From positions 1 to 34,995 of the forward strand of contig JBBDIZ010000013.1 in assembly GCA_040880145.1 (NCBI GenBank): a stretch of DNA of 34,995 nt, in the 5' to 3' direction. The notes under the pieces are model-generated. The model saw nothing but the letters and a program-made list of their open reading frames with translations, was not told where the DNA came from and searched no databases. This stretch comes from Simkaniaceae bacterium. GTDB taxonomy: Bacteria; Chlamydiota; Chlamydiia; Chlamydiales; JAJFMI01. A program made the position numbers and the translations under genes. Position 1 is the stretch's first letter, and each line of letters opens with the position of its first letter. This document shows, one piece after another, positions 7,908-18,193 of the stretch.

Positions 7908-8476
7908 GCTGGTTTTTTTAAATAGATAAGGTTGCCGGATGAATTTGAATTGAGAAAAAAGGTATAATGCAAGGGCTTTTGATGATGGGTCATGGATAGA
8001 GAGATCAGCGCAGGAAGCATTTCTTCATCTTGTTTTCTTTCCTTTTTGGCTTCACTTTGAAAATCAGCAAAACAAAACTCAAGACTTTGAACATTTTCCA
8101 AAAGGGGTTGTCGATCTACTTTTTCCTTATCACTTAGAGAATAGAGAGTTAAAAAAAGCGTCTCATCTTGTAAAGAGAGTTCTCCTTTGACATCGAAAGA
8201 GAAGTCCTTGTCATGATCGATGCCATTTGAAAAATAAAAAAAAAGCTTTCCGTCTTCTGTGTATAAGGGATCTTGAGTGGCTGATAAAATTTGAGAAAAA
8301 AGAGGGGTCAGTCTTTCTTGAACTTGCTTTCGCTTTAATACAAGAATATGGGCTTCATTTGTTTTTTTGTTTAAAAGGGCAAAGCGCTTCAGAGTTGTTA
8401 ATAGAGCGCCGGCTAAAATAGCCATAATCGAAGCTGCAATTAAGACTTCAACTAGTGATAGTGCATACCGTTTCAT
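7904..8476 (-). CDS. Type II secretion pseudopilin-like protein (GspJ-like)
   Basis: Prepilin-like N-terminus MKRYA|LSLVEVLIAASIMAILAG with Glu at +5. Confidence 0.75.
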   Translation of the reverse strand: MKRYALSLVEVLIAASIMAILAGALLTTLKRFALLNKKTNEAHILVLKRKQVQERLTPLFSQILSATQDPLYTEDGKLFFYFSNGIDHDKDFSFDVKGELSLQDETLFLTLYSLSDKEKVDRQPLLENVQSLEFCFADFQSEAKKERKQDEEMLPALISLSMTHHQKPLHYTFFLNSNSSGNLIYLKKPA

Positions 8477-8502
8477 ATCTGGCAGTATAAACGAAAAGAA
8501 AA

Positions 8503-10380
8503 TTAAAGTTTGGATTTTTTTGAAGATCGAATCGAGATGAGCGTTAGGCCAATTCCTAAAGCCAGATAGAAAATCAGGCTGAAAAAGTTAGGAAGCAAGC
8601 CGGCCTTTGATGCGGGAATAATGCCTAAAACGGTTAAAAGTGCAACGATTACACCTGTACATGCATCACCTGCAACAAGCCCTGATGCGGTCAAAAGACC
8701 TCTTTGTTCGGAGTCATTATTTGTTGCAAGGCGTTTGACAAAGCCTTTTGTAACGCCGCCGACCATAATCGCTGTGCTTAATGAAAGAGGCAAATAGAGC
8801 CCGATCGCAAAGGGAAGAATCGGAAGACTCATGAGTTCGATTAGGACTCCCAAGACCACTCCGATAAAGACTAAGGTTACAGGAAGTTCGTTTGCAATAA
8901 CTCCTTTTGCAATCATCGAAATGAGGGTTGCCTGTGGAGCTGGAAGAGCGGGCGTTCCAAAACCGTATGCTTTGTTGAGTAAATAGAGCGTGCCGCCGAT
9001 AGCTAAAGAGGGCAGGATAAGGCCGATCAGTTCTGCGATCTGCTGTTTACGAGGCGTGGCTCCTAAGATATAGCCTGTTTTTAAGTCTTGGGAGGTTGTG
9101 GCAGCAAGCGCAATTGCCACATTGGCAACGCAGCTCATTGTGATTGCAGCTAATAAATAGACGCGATCTGTCCAGCCAAGGCCTACAAAGATAAAACAGG
9201 TGATCAAAAGGGTTGTAATCGTCATTCCAGAAACGGGATTTGAGGTGCTTCCTACTAATCCTACTGTAATGGAAGTAACACAAGTGAAAAAGAAGCCGAT
9301 AACGACAAGTAAACCAACCGTAAAGAGATTCATGGGGAAACCGGGAAAGAGCCAAAGCGTTAAAATAATGGCAACCGATCCGATAATGAGCCACTTCATT
9401 GAGATGTCATGATCTGTTCGAATAGGGGCTTCTTCTTGAAAGCTTTTAAAAAGCTCACAAAAACTGTCATGAATCGTTTTCCAGATTAGGGGGGCAATCC
9501 GGACTAAACTAATGATGCCTCCAAAAGCGACGGTTCCGGCCCCGATATAGCGAATGTAGTTGCTCCAAATTTCGGTTGCGTTCATTTGAGCGATTGGAAT
9601 TGCTGAAGGAAAAATAGTGACTTCTCCTTGTCCAAACATCTTAATTAAGGGAATTAAAACCCACCACCCGACCATTCCCCCTGTGAACATCAGCGCTGAA
9701 ATGCGCGGTCCGATGATATAGCCGACTCCGAGTAATGAGGGCGTGCAATCCATGCTGAAGAGGGTGCTTTGATAGCGTCGAACCGTGATAGAGACCACTT
9801 CATCCCAAAGATAAAAAGCGCTATTGAGTAGCTTATAAATTGAGCCTACAATAAGACCAATTCCAGCCATTATGGCATTTCCTTTTTCATCTTTTGCCGA
9901 TTTCAATATTTCAGCGCAAGCGGTTCCCTCAGGAAAGGGAAGGACTCCATGTTCTTTCACAATGACATAACGTCTCATGGGAATCATAAAGAGGATTCCT
10001 AGAACTCCGCCTAAAAATGAGAGTAAAAAAAGATGGATCCAATTGGGACTGGTTCCTAGCATGAAAAGAGCAGGGATTGTAAAAGCGACACCTGCAGCAA
10101 GACCCTCTCCAACAGCGGCAACGGTTTGAACGATATTATTTTCTAAAATCGTGGAATCCTTGAAAAATCTCAATATGGCCATGGAAAAGACGGCCGCCGG
10201 AATCGATGCCGATATGGTGGATCCAATTCTCAAACCCAGATAGGCATTTCCAACGCAGAAGACAAGGCCCAAAAGGAGTCCGAGAAAAAGGGCGCGAAAG
10301 GACATCTCTTTCGGGGCCTCATTAGGAGAGACATAGGGCCGAAAAACATCTTTAGTTATTTTACCGTGTTTGATTGTCAT
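8503..10380 (-). CDS. OPT-family oligopeptide transporter
   Basis: NAYLGLRIG, SIPAAV, ENNIVQT, FPEGTACAE, SNPVSGM, QDLKTGYILGATP, APQATL motifs. Confidence 0.95.
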   Translation of the reverse strand: MTIKHGKITKDVFRPYVSPNEAPKEMSFRALFLGLLLGLVFCVGNAYLGLRIGSTISASIPAAVFSMAILRFFKDSTILENNIVQTVAAVGEGLAAGVAFTIPALFMLGTSPNWIHLFLLSFLGGVLGILFMIPMRRYVIVKEHGVLPFPEGTACAEILKSAKDEKGNAIMAGIGLIVGSIYKLLNSAFYLWDEVVSITVRRYQSTLFSMDCTPSLLGVGYIIGPRISALMFTGGMVGWWVLIPLIKMFGQGEVTIFPSAIPIAQMNATEIWSNYIRYIGAGTVAFGGIISLVRIAPLIWKTIHDSFCELFKSFQEEAPIRTDHDISMKWLIIGSVAIILTLWLFPGFPMNLFTVGLLVVIGFFFTCVTSITVGLVGSTSNPVSGMTITTLLITCFIFVGLGWTDRVYLLAAITMSCVANVAIALAATTSQDLKTGYILGATPRKQQIAELIGLILPSLAIGGTLYLLNKAYGFGTPALPAPQATLISMIAKGVIANELPVTLVFIGVVLGVLIELMSLPILPFAIGLYLPLSLSTAIMVGGVTKGFVKRLATNNDSEQRGLLTASGLVAGDACTGVIVALLTVLGIIPASKAGLLPNFFSLIFYLALGIGLTLISIRSSKKSKL

Positions 10381-10398
10381 GTTTTAAGCATGCAAAAA

Positions 10399-10890
10399 TT
10401 AAAAACTTTTGTCTATGTTTTTGCTCTTTTTTAGAAAAATTTGATGTTTGGACAGAGTCCTTGCCTTCAGATTGTCAATTCGTTGTTCAATTTCTAACGC
10501 AATCAGTTTGGCACTCTCTTCATTTTCGGTCTCAAAAATGCGTTTTACCCAAACTTTATACCGGCGTTTTACAGTGTAGCTTTCAAGCTTTGGAATGGAC
10601 AAGGCAAGTTCATTTAAAGAAATAAATTCAACATTTTTTTTATTACGTTCTTTTAGTTCGTCGAAGGGATGATTTTCCCGTAAGGAATCCAGTATTTCGT
10701 ATAAAGTATTTTCAGAAACCCGTTCTAATTCTATTTCGATTAAGAGTTTAAGCTCTTGTTTGAAAAGATGCAGAGGTTGATGGATAAGATAGCCGCCTCC
10801 GAGTGCAAGTAAAGAAAGCGCAATAAGTGCTTCTAATAAAACAAAAGGCGTTTTTTTAAACTTTTTTTTATTCATGTTTGAAGGAAGCAT
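10399..10890 (-). CDS. Pseudopilin-like protein
   Basis: Basic leader followed by P|FVLLEALIALSLLAL (Phe at +1, Glu at +5). Start may be 10875. Confidence 0.6.
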   Translation of the reverse strand: MLPSNMNKKKFKKTPFVLLEALIALSLLALGGGYLIHQPLHLFKQELKLLIEIELERVSENTLYEILDSLRENHPFDELKERNKKNVEFISLNELALSIPKLESYTVKRRYKVWVKRIFETENEESAKLIALEIEQRIDNLKARTLSKHQIFLKKSKNIDKSF

Positions 10891-10963
10891 TGAAAAAATA
10901 TCCCTGATTTAATAAACTTATCACTTCATCTGAATGGAATTTAAAAAAAAGCTGGGTGTCAAT

Positions 10964-11953
10964 ATGGAGTTTCAAGGAAGAGCTCTCTTTAATCTTCTAA
11001 AAATTCAATCAGAGGAAGATCATACCTTGATTGCAAAGCCTTATCAAGTTGAGAATTTGAGAGGGCTGTCGACTGAAACTTTATTTGACCGATTAAGAAA
11101 GTTCGGGATTCATTTGGATGAGTCTGCTTTTCATCTTTATGTCGAAAATTGTGAAACCCCTGAAGAGTTAGCCGATTGTCTCTACCTGGAAGATGATCAT
11201 GAGTTAGGGGAGCTTATCTATCTTTTAACTTTTGAGCTTTGGCGGCGCTTGACTCCTGAAAAAGAGTCTCTTTCGCTTTTTTGTGATGAGCTCGATTATC
11301 AAATCTCTCTTTTCGATAAAGAGCAGCTCGAAGATGAGGAACCCTTGCAAGCATTACTCGATGAACTCGAAACGATGTTAGATGAAGGGGTCGATGGAGG
11401 GCTGGACGATTCCGAAGTTTTACAGACGATTGAACCCTATTTGGCTCATGATATTGAAACCTTTTTATCCGATTACATTTTATACCTGATCGAAAATGAT
11501 CAAGAGACTTATGGGTCAGAGCTCATCGAGGGCTTTTATGAATATGTAAAGGATAAAAAATGGTTTGATTTTCTACGTCTTCATTCCCTTTATGCCTCTG
11601 ATCCTCATGAGGCTGAAATGATGTTGGAGCGGCTGATTGGAGAATTAAAAGAAGATCCGGATAGTGATCTACTTCTTGCTCTTTTGGATTTTTTGGTGCC
11701 TATTTGTGAAAGCGACCTCTTTTATCATACTTTTTCACTTGCTACAAAGCAAATCAAGACAGAAAGTGATTTTCTCGAGCTCTCAGAAATTTGTCGAGCC
11801 TATTTCAACGGACTTGATTCTGATGAAGAAGAAAAAATGATCGCAACCTATCTTCTCAAACGCTCTTTTCAAGAAAGTGCGATACTCAATCAAAATGATC
11901 CCGATTTACTGAAATTACAAGATCTGATGACTAGTAAATTTGAATCGGTTTAA
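10964..11953 (+). CDS. Acidic hypothetical protein
   Basis: Long intact ORF, highly acidic and helical. Start is 10934 or 10964. Confidence 0.7.
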   Translation: MEFQGRALFNLLKIQSEEDHTLIAKPYQVENLRGLSTETLFDRLRKFGIHLDESAFHLYVENCETPEELADCLYLEDDHELGELIYLLTFELWRRLTPEKESLSLFCDELDYQISLFDKEQLEDEEPLQALLDELETMLDEGVDGGLDDSEVLQTIEPYLAHDIETFLSDYILYLIENDQETYGSELIEGFYEYVKDKKWFDFLRLHSLYASDPHEAEMMLERLIGELKEDPDSDLLLALLDFLVPICESDLFYHTFSLATKQIKTESDFLELSEICRAYFNGLDSDEEEKMIATYLLKRSFQESAILNQNDPDLLKLQDLMTSKFESV

Positions 11954-12689
11954 AATCGATGTAATCTGCTGAAGTTAAAATGTATCGGACCTGATTTTTC
12001 TCTCCGAATGGAAGAGCCTCTTTTTTAACATTGTGAAGATGACCGAAAACGCATGTGTCGATTTTGTACTTCTCTAAGATTTCGCTCGTACGCGATGGGG
12101 CTAAATCCGCACTGATGGGAGGGTAGTGAATCATGGCAATGCGTCTTGCGGCCTTTTTATCAAGCTGACTTAAACTCAACTCAAGACGTTTTAAATCACG
12201 GGTAAAGAGGGTTTCATCGTGGCGTTTTTTCTCTTTAAGATCGAGAAGCTCTTGGTCTTTTTCAAGAGGGTTTTTCACAAATTCAATATATTCTGTAAAA
12301 GAGTATTCCTGACTATCCCAAAGCCGAACACCTCCAATAGCCGTTTCATTAAAAAGAAAGGCATCGTTTTGAATTGCGTAAATAGAAGGAGGGAGGATGG
12401 ATTCAAGTTTTTTTTTGGAAGGCCACCAATAATCATGGTTTCCTTTTATTAAAAGCTTGGTTCCGGGAAGCGAGGCTAGCCAATTTAGATCGATTAGGGC
12501 TTCATCGAGCTTCATTGCCCAGGAGATATCTCCCGGAATGAGAACGAGGTCTTCTTGTGAGACAGCCTCTTTCCAATTGTCTTCAATTTTTTCAATATAG
12601 TTTTCCCATTTCTCTCCGAAAGCGCTCATATGTTTTTCAGGAACCCCTAAAGAGAGATGTAAATCACCAATGGCCCAGATTTTTGACAT
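11931..12689 (-). CDS. Calcineurin-like metallophosphoesterase
   Basis: DLH, GDISW, GNHD, HYPP and GHLH motifs. Confidence 0.93.
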   Translation of the reverse strand: MSKIWAIGDLHLSLGVPEKHMSAFGEKWENYIEKIEDNWKEAVSQEDLVLIPGDISWAMKLDEALIDLNWLASLPGTKLLIKGNHDYWWPSKKKLESILPPSIYAIQNDAFLFNETAIGGVRLWDSQEYSFTEYIEFVKNPLEKDQELLDLKEKKRHDETLFTRDLKRLELSLSQLDKKAARRIAMIHYPPISADLAPSRTSEILEKYKIDTCVFGHLHNVKKEALPFGEKNQVRYILTSADYIDFKPIQIY

Positions 12690-12761
12690 AATTGATTTTA
12701 ATTGATTTTTTTGTTAAAAAAGTGTATTATGAACGTAACATAAACTTTAAAATAGAGCAAG

Positions 12762-12989
12762 ATGCAATTATATTTAAGCAATTTACAATATCAACATGAA
12801 CTGATAGAAGGTGCGCATGTTGATTCCATTCCTTTTCGGTGTAATCCATTCGATTCTATGAATGAATTAGATCGTCCCGCTCACTTGACATCGGCCAAGC
12901 AAATCGAAATAACCGGCAGTTGTGAAAAAACAAAAATAGTTTTTGAAAAAAATAAGCGTATTGAAGCCGTCGGATACGAAATCAATTAG
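12762..12989 (+). CDS. Small hypothetical protein
   Basis: 75-aa ORF filling the gap between two minus-strand genes. No recognisable motif. Confidence 0.4.
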   Translation: MQLYLSNLQYQHELIEGAHVDSIPFRCNPFDSMNELDRPAHLTSAKQIEITGSCEKTKIVFEKNKRIEAVGYEIN

Positions 12990-12991
12990 CC

Positions 12992-14281
12992 TTAAATGGC
13001 ATACCCATCGGGTATTTCTGCTCCTGAGGGAACAATGATGATCCCATCGCGAATATAGAGTTTGTCACTATCGAAAGTCTGATGATTTTCATGGTTTAAT
13101 AGTGTGACATTGTTTCCAATCTGAGCATGTTCATCAATAATCGCATTTTCGATATGACAATTCTCTCCAATTGAGAACTGCTTGGGTAAAAGGCCTTCTT
13201 GGCTTTTTGGAGGGGAGTAAAATTGATTCCCTAACAGAATACAATTTTTTAATTTTGATCCCTTTTTGATATGGGAGCGAAGTCCGATCATGCAGTGCGT
13301 AATTTCACTTGCTTCAACAATCGAACCATCACAGATAATTGAGTCATTAATGCGTGTTCCCGATATCCGTGCTGCAGGAAGGTTGGTCATTTGGGCATGA
13401 ATGGGGTCGTTTTCATTATAAAAGTCTAAAGAGAGCTGACTGCGAGTGAGATTTAAGCTTGCATTGAAATAGGAGCGAATGGTTCCAATATCTTCCCAAT
13501 AACCATCATAGACGTAGGCGGCGGTATTGCCTTTCTTGATTTGTGTTGGGATTAAATGCATCCCAAAGTCTTCGCGCAAATCTTCCTGTAGGAGGTCTTC
13601 AAGGACTTTACGTTTAAAAAAATAAATACCCATTGAGGCTAAAAAACAGGGTTTTTCTTTAAGGTGAGCCGGTCTAACGGCTTCTTTTGGCATGCGATAC
13701 TGATGAAGAATTTTGGGATCTTTTGGTTTTTCATAAAAGTCGACAGCATTAAATTCTTCATCGATTTTGAGCAATCCCATACGCATTGCATCTTCTTTTA
13801 AAACGGGAAGGGTAGCAATCGTTAAATCGGCATCTTTTTTTATGGCAAATCGCACTAAATCAGCTAAATCCATATTGTAGAGTTGATCTCCGGATAGAAT
13901 TAAAAAATAGTCAAAGTTTCCTTTTAATAAACGCTGCATATTCTTTCGGACTGCATCTGCGGTGCCTTTAAAAAAGATTCGATGCAGGGGCGTTTGCTCA
14001 GGTGTTAAGCACTCAATGCACCCCCCCTGAAATTGATCAAGAGCATACGTGTCGTGGACGTGTTGATTTAAACTGGATGCCAAATATTGAGAAATGACAA
14101 AAATATTTCGAAATTGTGAATTAAGTGCATTTGAGATCGGGATATCGATTAACCGATAGCGGCCGGCAAAATTTACCGCAGGCTTGCATCGATTTACGGT
14201 CAGTGGAAATAAACGCGTCCCTTGACCACCGGCTAGAATAATTGTTGCGACTTTTCGTCCAAATAAATTAATGTCTTTCAT
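12992..14281 (-). CDS. glgC: Glucose-1-phosphate adenylyltransferase
   Basis: ILAGGQGTRLFPLT, KPAV.F.GRYRLIDIPISN, GTADAV, SGDQLY, YWEDIGT and a C-terminal beta-helix. Confidence 0.96.
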   Translation of the reverse strand: MKDINLFGRKVATIILAGGQGTRLFPLTVNRCKPAVNFAGRYRLIDIPISNALNSQFRNIFVISQYLASSLNQHVHDTYALDQFQGGCIECLTPEQTPLHRIFFKGTADAVRKNMQRLLKGNFDYFLILSGDQLYNMDLADLVRFAIKKDADLTIATLPVLKEDAMRMGLLKIDEEFNAVDFYEKPKDPKILHQYRMPKEAVRPAHLKEKPCFLASMGIYFFKRKVLEDLLQEDLREDFGMHLIPTQIKKGNTAAYVYDGYWEDIGTIRSYFNASLNLTRSQLSLDFYNENDPIHAQMTNLPAARISGTRINDSIICDGSIVEASEITHCMIGLRSHIKKGSKLKNCILLGNQFYSPPKSQEGLLPKQFSIGENCHIENAIIDEHAQIGNNVTLLNHENHQTFDSDKLYIRDGIIIVPSGAEIPDGYAI

Positions 14282-14321
14282 TAACTTTTATATAAATGAA
14301 ATATAAAAGCATATCAATTAA

Positions 14322-15218
14322 TTATTTATTCCAATTATCCACGATAAGATTTATTTCAAATGCAAGTTCTGGATCGATATTTTTTATTTTCAGTAGGTTA
14401 GAGAATTGAAGGCGCTCTTTTGGAATCTCTGTGGTCGCTGCTAAAAAGATGAGATAAGTTGCAAGAGCATAATGGGTAAATACATCTTCTTGCGTTAATA
14501 GATTTAAAGCGAGTGTCGGTAGGGAGGGGTCAGGTGGTAAATTTGAGAGGATTAATGCCGCTTTCTCATTGTCTTTTGATAAAGGACGTTTTTTTAACTG
14601 TTGAATTAAAAATGCTTTAACGCTCTCTTTTTTTAAACAAAGGGCTTGAATAATTGCTTCATCCGTAAAAAAATCGTGACGGCCAAGCGCTTCAAAAAGG
14701 GGAGGGATCGTCTTGGGGTCCTCAATCTTTGCTAATGCTAAAACAGCAAGATAGGGGCCTCGGCCATATCCGGGACTTAGGGGGTTCGAGAAGAGCTCAG
14801 AGCTTATTAAATGAATTAATGGCTCTAAGGAGGTCTCTCCTTCAAGGGCTAAGGCCTTGATCTCTTTTTGAGGGGTTTCCTCTTCTGAAAAAAGCAAGTC
14901 GGCAATGAGGCGGGGGAGGCGATTAGAATCTTCTTTTTCATAAACTTTTCTCAGTTCGAAATAGAGAGTTTGATATTTTTTGATTTCTTCTTTTGCCTCG
15001 CTTGGAAGGATGAGTTCCGACAAGTCTTTTCCCGTATTGTCCTCAATTTCTTTAAGCTCGCGTATACGACTCACTGAATAGTCAGGAAACGTACCCACAT
15101 GCTCTTTTTTATAGTATTCAAGCATGACAGAAAAATTGGAACCGAAGTGGGTGTCGCGATGCATTAGGATTTCCATGTCAACAGCATCGATAAGGGGAAG
15201 GTTGGGAAAATCATCCAT
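14322..15218 (-). CDS. Hypothetical protein with HEAT-like helical repeats, downstream of lipA
   Basis: Likely start MDDFPNL at 15218, overlapping the lipA stop. Contains an ALAKIEDPKTIPPLFEAL HEAT-like segment. Confidence 0.7.
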   Translation of the reverse strand: MDDFPNLPLIDAVDMEILMHRDTHFGSNFSVMLEYYKKEHVGTFPDYSVSRIRELKEIEDNTGKDLSELILPSEAKEEIKKYQTLYFELRKVYEKEDSNRLPRLIADLLFSEEETPQKEIKALALEGETSLEPLIHLISSELFSNPLSPGYGRGPYLAVLALAKIEDPKTIPPLFEALGRHDFFTDEAIIQALCLKKESVKAFLIQQLKKRPLSKDNEKAALILSNLPPDPSLPTLALNLLTQEDVFTHYALATYLIFLAATTEIPKERLQFSNLLKIKNIDPELAFEINLIVDNWNK

Positions 15219-16143
15219 GGGCAGCAAGTCCTTGAAAAAGATCGGAAGCGTTATAACTTGAGCGAACGAAGGGGCCGCTATAAACGTGAGAGAGCCCAAT
15301 TTGATGGCCGTAAGACTCATACGCTTTAAACTCTTCAGGTGTAATAAAGGCTTTTACGGGGAGTTTGTGGCGGCTTGCCTGTAGGTAGTGTCCAATTGTG
15401 ACGATGTCAACACCGACCTCTTTAAGATCACGCAAAGACTCTTTGACCTCGTCCAAGGTTTCTCCAAGTCCAACCATGAGCCCTGATTTTATGTACTGCG
15501 CTTTTTGGCTCTTTTTGGCATGGGAAAGCAAGGATAGCGTTCGGTCATAGGTCGCTTTATGACGCACTTTACTTGATAAGCGGCGCACAGTTTCAATATT
15601 GTGATTGAAAACTTCAGGAGAGGCCTTCAAAACAAGATCCAGAGCCTCCATATCTCCTGAAAAATCAGAGGTTAAAACTTCAACTGTAGCAGAGGGGTTT
15701 AAATCTCGGATGGCCTGAATAATTTGGGCAATATGTAAAGCGCCTTTATCCGGAAGGTCATCACGCGCTACCATTGTAATGACCACATGTTTCAGGCCAA
15801 GCTCCATTGCTGATTTTGCAATGCGAAGGGGCTCATCAGCCTCTGGAGCTTTTGGAGCTTTTGAAAAATCAATATCACAAAAACCGCAAGCTCTTGTGCA
15901 CTCTTTTCCAAGAGCTAAAAAGGTGGCTGTTTTTTTGGAGTAGCATTCGAGACGGTTAGGACACTTGGCCTCTTCACAAACCGTATTTAAACCATAACTC
16001 TCAACGATTTTATTGGTTTTAAATAGATTGCCTCCCTCAGGAAGTTTTATATGAAGCCATTTTGGAAAACGGCCCAACCCAGGTTCGGGATTGCCGGGTA
16101 GAATATTAAGTTTGTTTTTTCTCTTTTTAGAGGGGTCATCCAT
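15211..16143 (-). CDS. lipA: Lipoyl synthase
   Basis: CEEAKCPNRLEC, CTRACGFC and VRSSY motifs. Confidence 0.97.
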   Translation of the reverse strand: MDDPSKKRKNKLNILPGNPEPGLGRFPKWLHIKLPEGGNLFKTNKIVESYGLNTVCEEAKCPNRLECYSKKTATFLALGKECTRACGFCDIDFSKAPKAPEADEPLRIAKSAMELGLKHVVITMVARDDLPDKGALHIAQIIQAIRDLNPSATVEVLTSDFSGDMEALDLVLKASPEVFNHNIETVRRLSSKVRHKATYDRTLSLLSHAKKSQKAQYIKSGLMVGLGETLDEVKESLRDLKEVGVDIVTIGHYLQASRHKLPVKAFITPEEFKAYESYGHQIGLSHVYSGPFVRSSYNASDLFQGLAAHG

Positions 16144-16146
16144 AGC

Positions 16147-17541
16147 TTACCTCTTTTTGGGGGGGAAGTGTATCGGAGTATCATTTGCTAAAAGAGCCGC
16201 TTCAAGCCAGGCTTCAGCTACGGTTGGGTGAGCATGAATGGTATCGATGATACAATCAGAAGTGAGTTCATTCTGGATGGCAAGGGCCATTTCAGCGATT
16301 AAAGTAGAAGCCTCATGCCCAATGACTTGAGCGCCCAATATTTCTTTAGTGACTTCATCAATGATCACCTGAGAGAACCCTTCGGTTTCAATAGCTGCTT
16401 GAGATTTTCCTAAAGCTTGAAAAGGAAATTTTCCAACTTTTGCTTTATATCCCTTTTCCTTTGCCTCTTCTAAAGTCATACCAACCGTTGCAATCTCAGG
16501 AGTTGTAAAGATGACAGCAGGAACCGCATGATAATGCATTTTTGCCTCATGTCCTGTTGCATTAGCAGCTGCTATGATGCCCTGATGCGATGCAACGTGA
16601 GCAAGCATTGCAATTCCTGTCACATCGCCAACTGCATAGATATGAGGAGCGGATGTTTCCATCTTGTCATTGACTACGATCATTCCCTTTTCCGAAACAG
16701 CAACCCCTGCACGATCAAGACCTAAATTAGAGGTGTTGACGCTTCGTCCAATTGAAATGAGGGCCATATCGCATTGAAGCGCCTCTCCCCCTTTTAGCTT
16801 AACGTTTAGACCCTTATTGTTATGGTCGATTCCCTCGCAGAGGGATTCGCATTTAATCGTGATGCCTTGTTTCTCAAAGGCTGCTGTTAGACTTTTTGCA
16901 ACCGTTTCACCTTGCAGCATTACGATAGAGGGAAGCGCCTCGACGATCGTAACTTGACTTCCAAGTTCATTGAAAAGAGAAGCAAACTCACATCCGATAT
17001 AGCCTCCGCCAATGATGACAAGATGCTTGGGGATTTCGGTGATTTCTAAGATCGATGTAGAATTGACCACTTTCTTGTGATCACAGGGGAAAGCAGGGAT
17101 ATCTAAAGGCGCTGAACCTGTTGCGATAATTGCCTTTTTAAAATGAAGGGTTCTCTCATCTTCGCCCTTAACTTTTAGATCGTTTTTAGAGGTGAATTTA
17201 GCCAGGCCTCGAATAATTGTAATTTGATTCGATTGAATTAATCCCTCTAGGCTTGTGCGGATATTTGAAACGACGTCATCTTTACGAGACTTCATTTTTG
17301 CATAATCAATCGAAACCTCGCCTGTATGGATCCCATAGGAGCTTGCTGCTTTAATTTTATGATAAAGGCTTGAATTTGCAAGCAAGGTTTTTGTAGGAAT
17401 GCACCCGACGTTCAAGCAGGTTCCTCCAAGATGCCCCTTTTCAATGAGTGCAACGCGGCTTCCTTCTTGAGCTGCTTTAATCGCTGCAACATAACCCCCG
17501 GGACCTGCACCAATAACGGCAATATCAAAATGATCATCCAT
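16147..17541 (-). CDS. lpdA: Dihydrolipoamide dehydrogenase
   Basis: GAGPGGY, GGTCLNVGCIPTK, GGGYIG and HAHPT..E motifs. Confidence 0.97.
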   Translation of the reverse strand: MDDHFDIAVIGAGPGGYVAAIKAAQEGSRVALIEKGHLGGTCLNVGCIPTKTLLANSSLYHKIKAASSYGIHTGEVSIDYAKMKSRKDDVVSNIRTSLEGLIQSNQITIIRGLAKFTSKNDLKVKGEDERTLHFKKAIIATGSAPLDIPAFPCDHKKVVNSTSILEITEIPKHLVIIGGGYIGCEFASLFNELGSQVTIVEALPSIVMLQGETVAKSLTAAFEKQGITIKCESLCEGIDHNNKGLNVKLKGGEALQCDMALISIGRSVNTSNLGLDRAGVAVSEKGMIVVNDKMETSAPHIYAVGDVTGIAMLAHVASHQGIIAAANATGHEAKMHYHAVPAVIFTTPEIATVGMTLEEAKEKGYKAKVGKFPFQALGKSQAAIETEGFSQVIIDEVTKEILGAQVIGHEASTLIAEMALAIQNELTSDCIIDTIHAHPTVAEAWLEAALLANDTPIHFPPKKR

Positions 17542-17565
17542 AGAATAAAGACCTTTTTTCAAAAG

Positions 17566-17593
17566 ATTATACTGAAGAATTAAGAAAAGTCAA
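17566..17593 (-). promoter_or_regulatory. sigma70-type promoter of lpdA-lipA
   Basis: Minus strand TTGACT-16 nt-TATAAT. Confidence 0.6.
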
Positions 17594-17645
17594 TGTTGAA
17601 ACATTCATAGGCAAACCCAGAGATTAAAATTATTATTTAAATAGC

Positions 17646-17673
17646 TTGTCATTTGGGAATCTTATGCTACAAT
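17646..17673 (+). promoter_or_regulatory. sigma70-type promoter of 17681-18193
   Basis: TTGTCA-16 nt-TACAAT with an extended TG. The -10 ends 7 nt before the ATG. Confidence 0.55.
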
Positions 17674-17680
17674 AATAGAT

Positions 17681-18193
17681 ATGGAAACTAGTGAAAGAAA
17701 AAAACTTTGTTGGAATTGCGAAGGTGATGTCAATTATGATGCAATTTTTTGTCCTTTCTGCGGAAGCGATTTGAAGAGACCGAAACCTTTATCCCAATTA
17801 ATGCCTGAGGATGAGCATTATAAATCACTCAATGACTCGCTAGCTTCTCTTTACAAGCCTCCCTATATTGCTCGCGAAGAGCATGGATATGGCGTTCCTG
17901 ATGAGAGAGAAGAAGACTTTTATGAAGATGATGACGTAGACGACCCCATCGCTTCAAGGGGTCTTGCATCTGTTGATGAAGAAGAAGAGACCGAAGGCCG
18001 GTTTGTTTGGGCGCTCATTCTGCTCTCATTCGGCGGAAATCTGCTCACCTTAGGTCTGCTAATTTTCTTCTTCTCGGATAAAGGCTCTCTCGTTTTAGAG
18101 TGGAAGCGTCAGTACTGGTTTTTATACGCGCTTCTCTCCAGCCCCTTCTTATTCATGGGGTGGAAATGCTTTTCATCCAGAGCAGAATCTTAA
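17681..18193 (+). CDS. Zinc-ribbon protein with two C-terminal TM helices
   Basis: CWNC...CPFCG, acidic linker, two hydrophobic segments. Divergent from lpdA. Confidence 0.8.
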   Translation: METSERKKLCWNCEGDVNYDAIFCPFCGSDLKRPKPLSQLMPEDEHYKSLNDSLASLYKPPYIAREEHGYGVPDEREEDFYEDDDVDDPIASRGLASVDEEEETEGRFVWALILLSFGGNLLTLGLLIFFFSDKGSLVLEWKRQYWFLYALLSSPFLFMGWKCFSSRAES

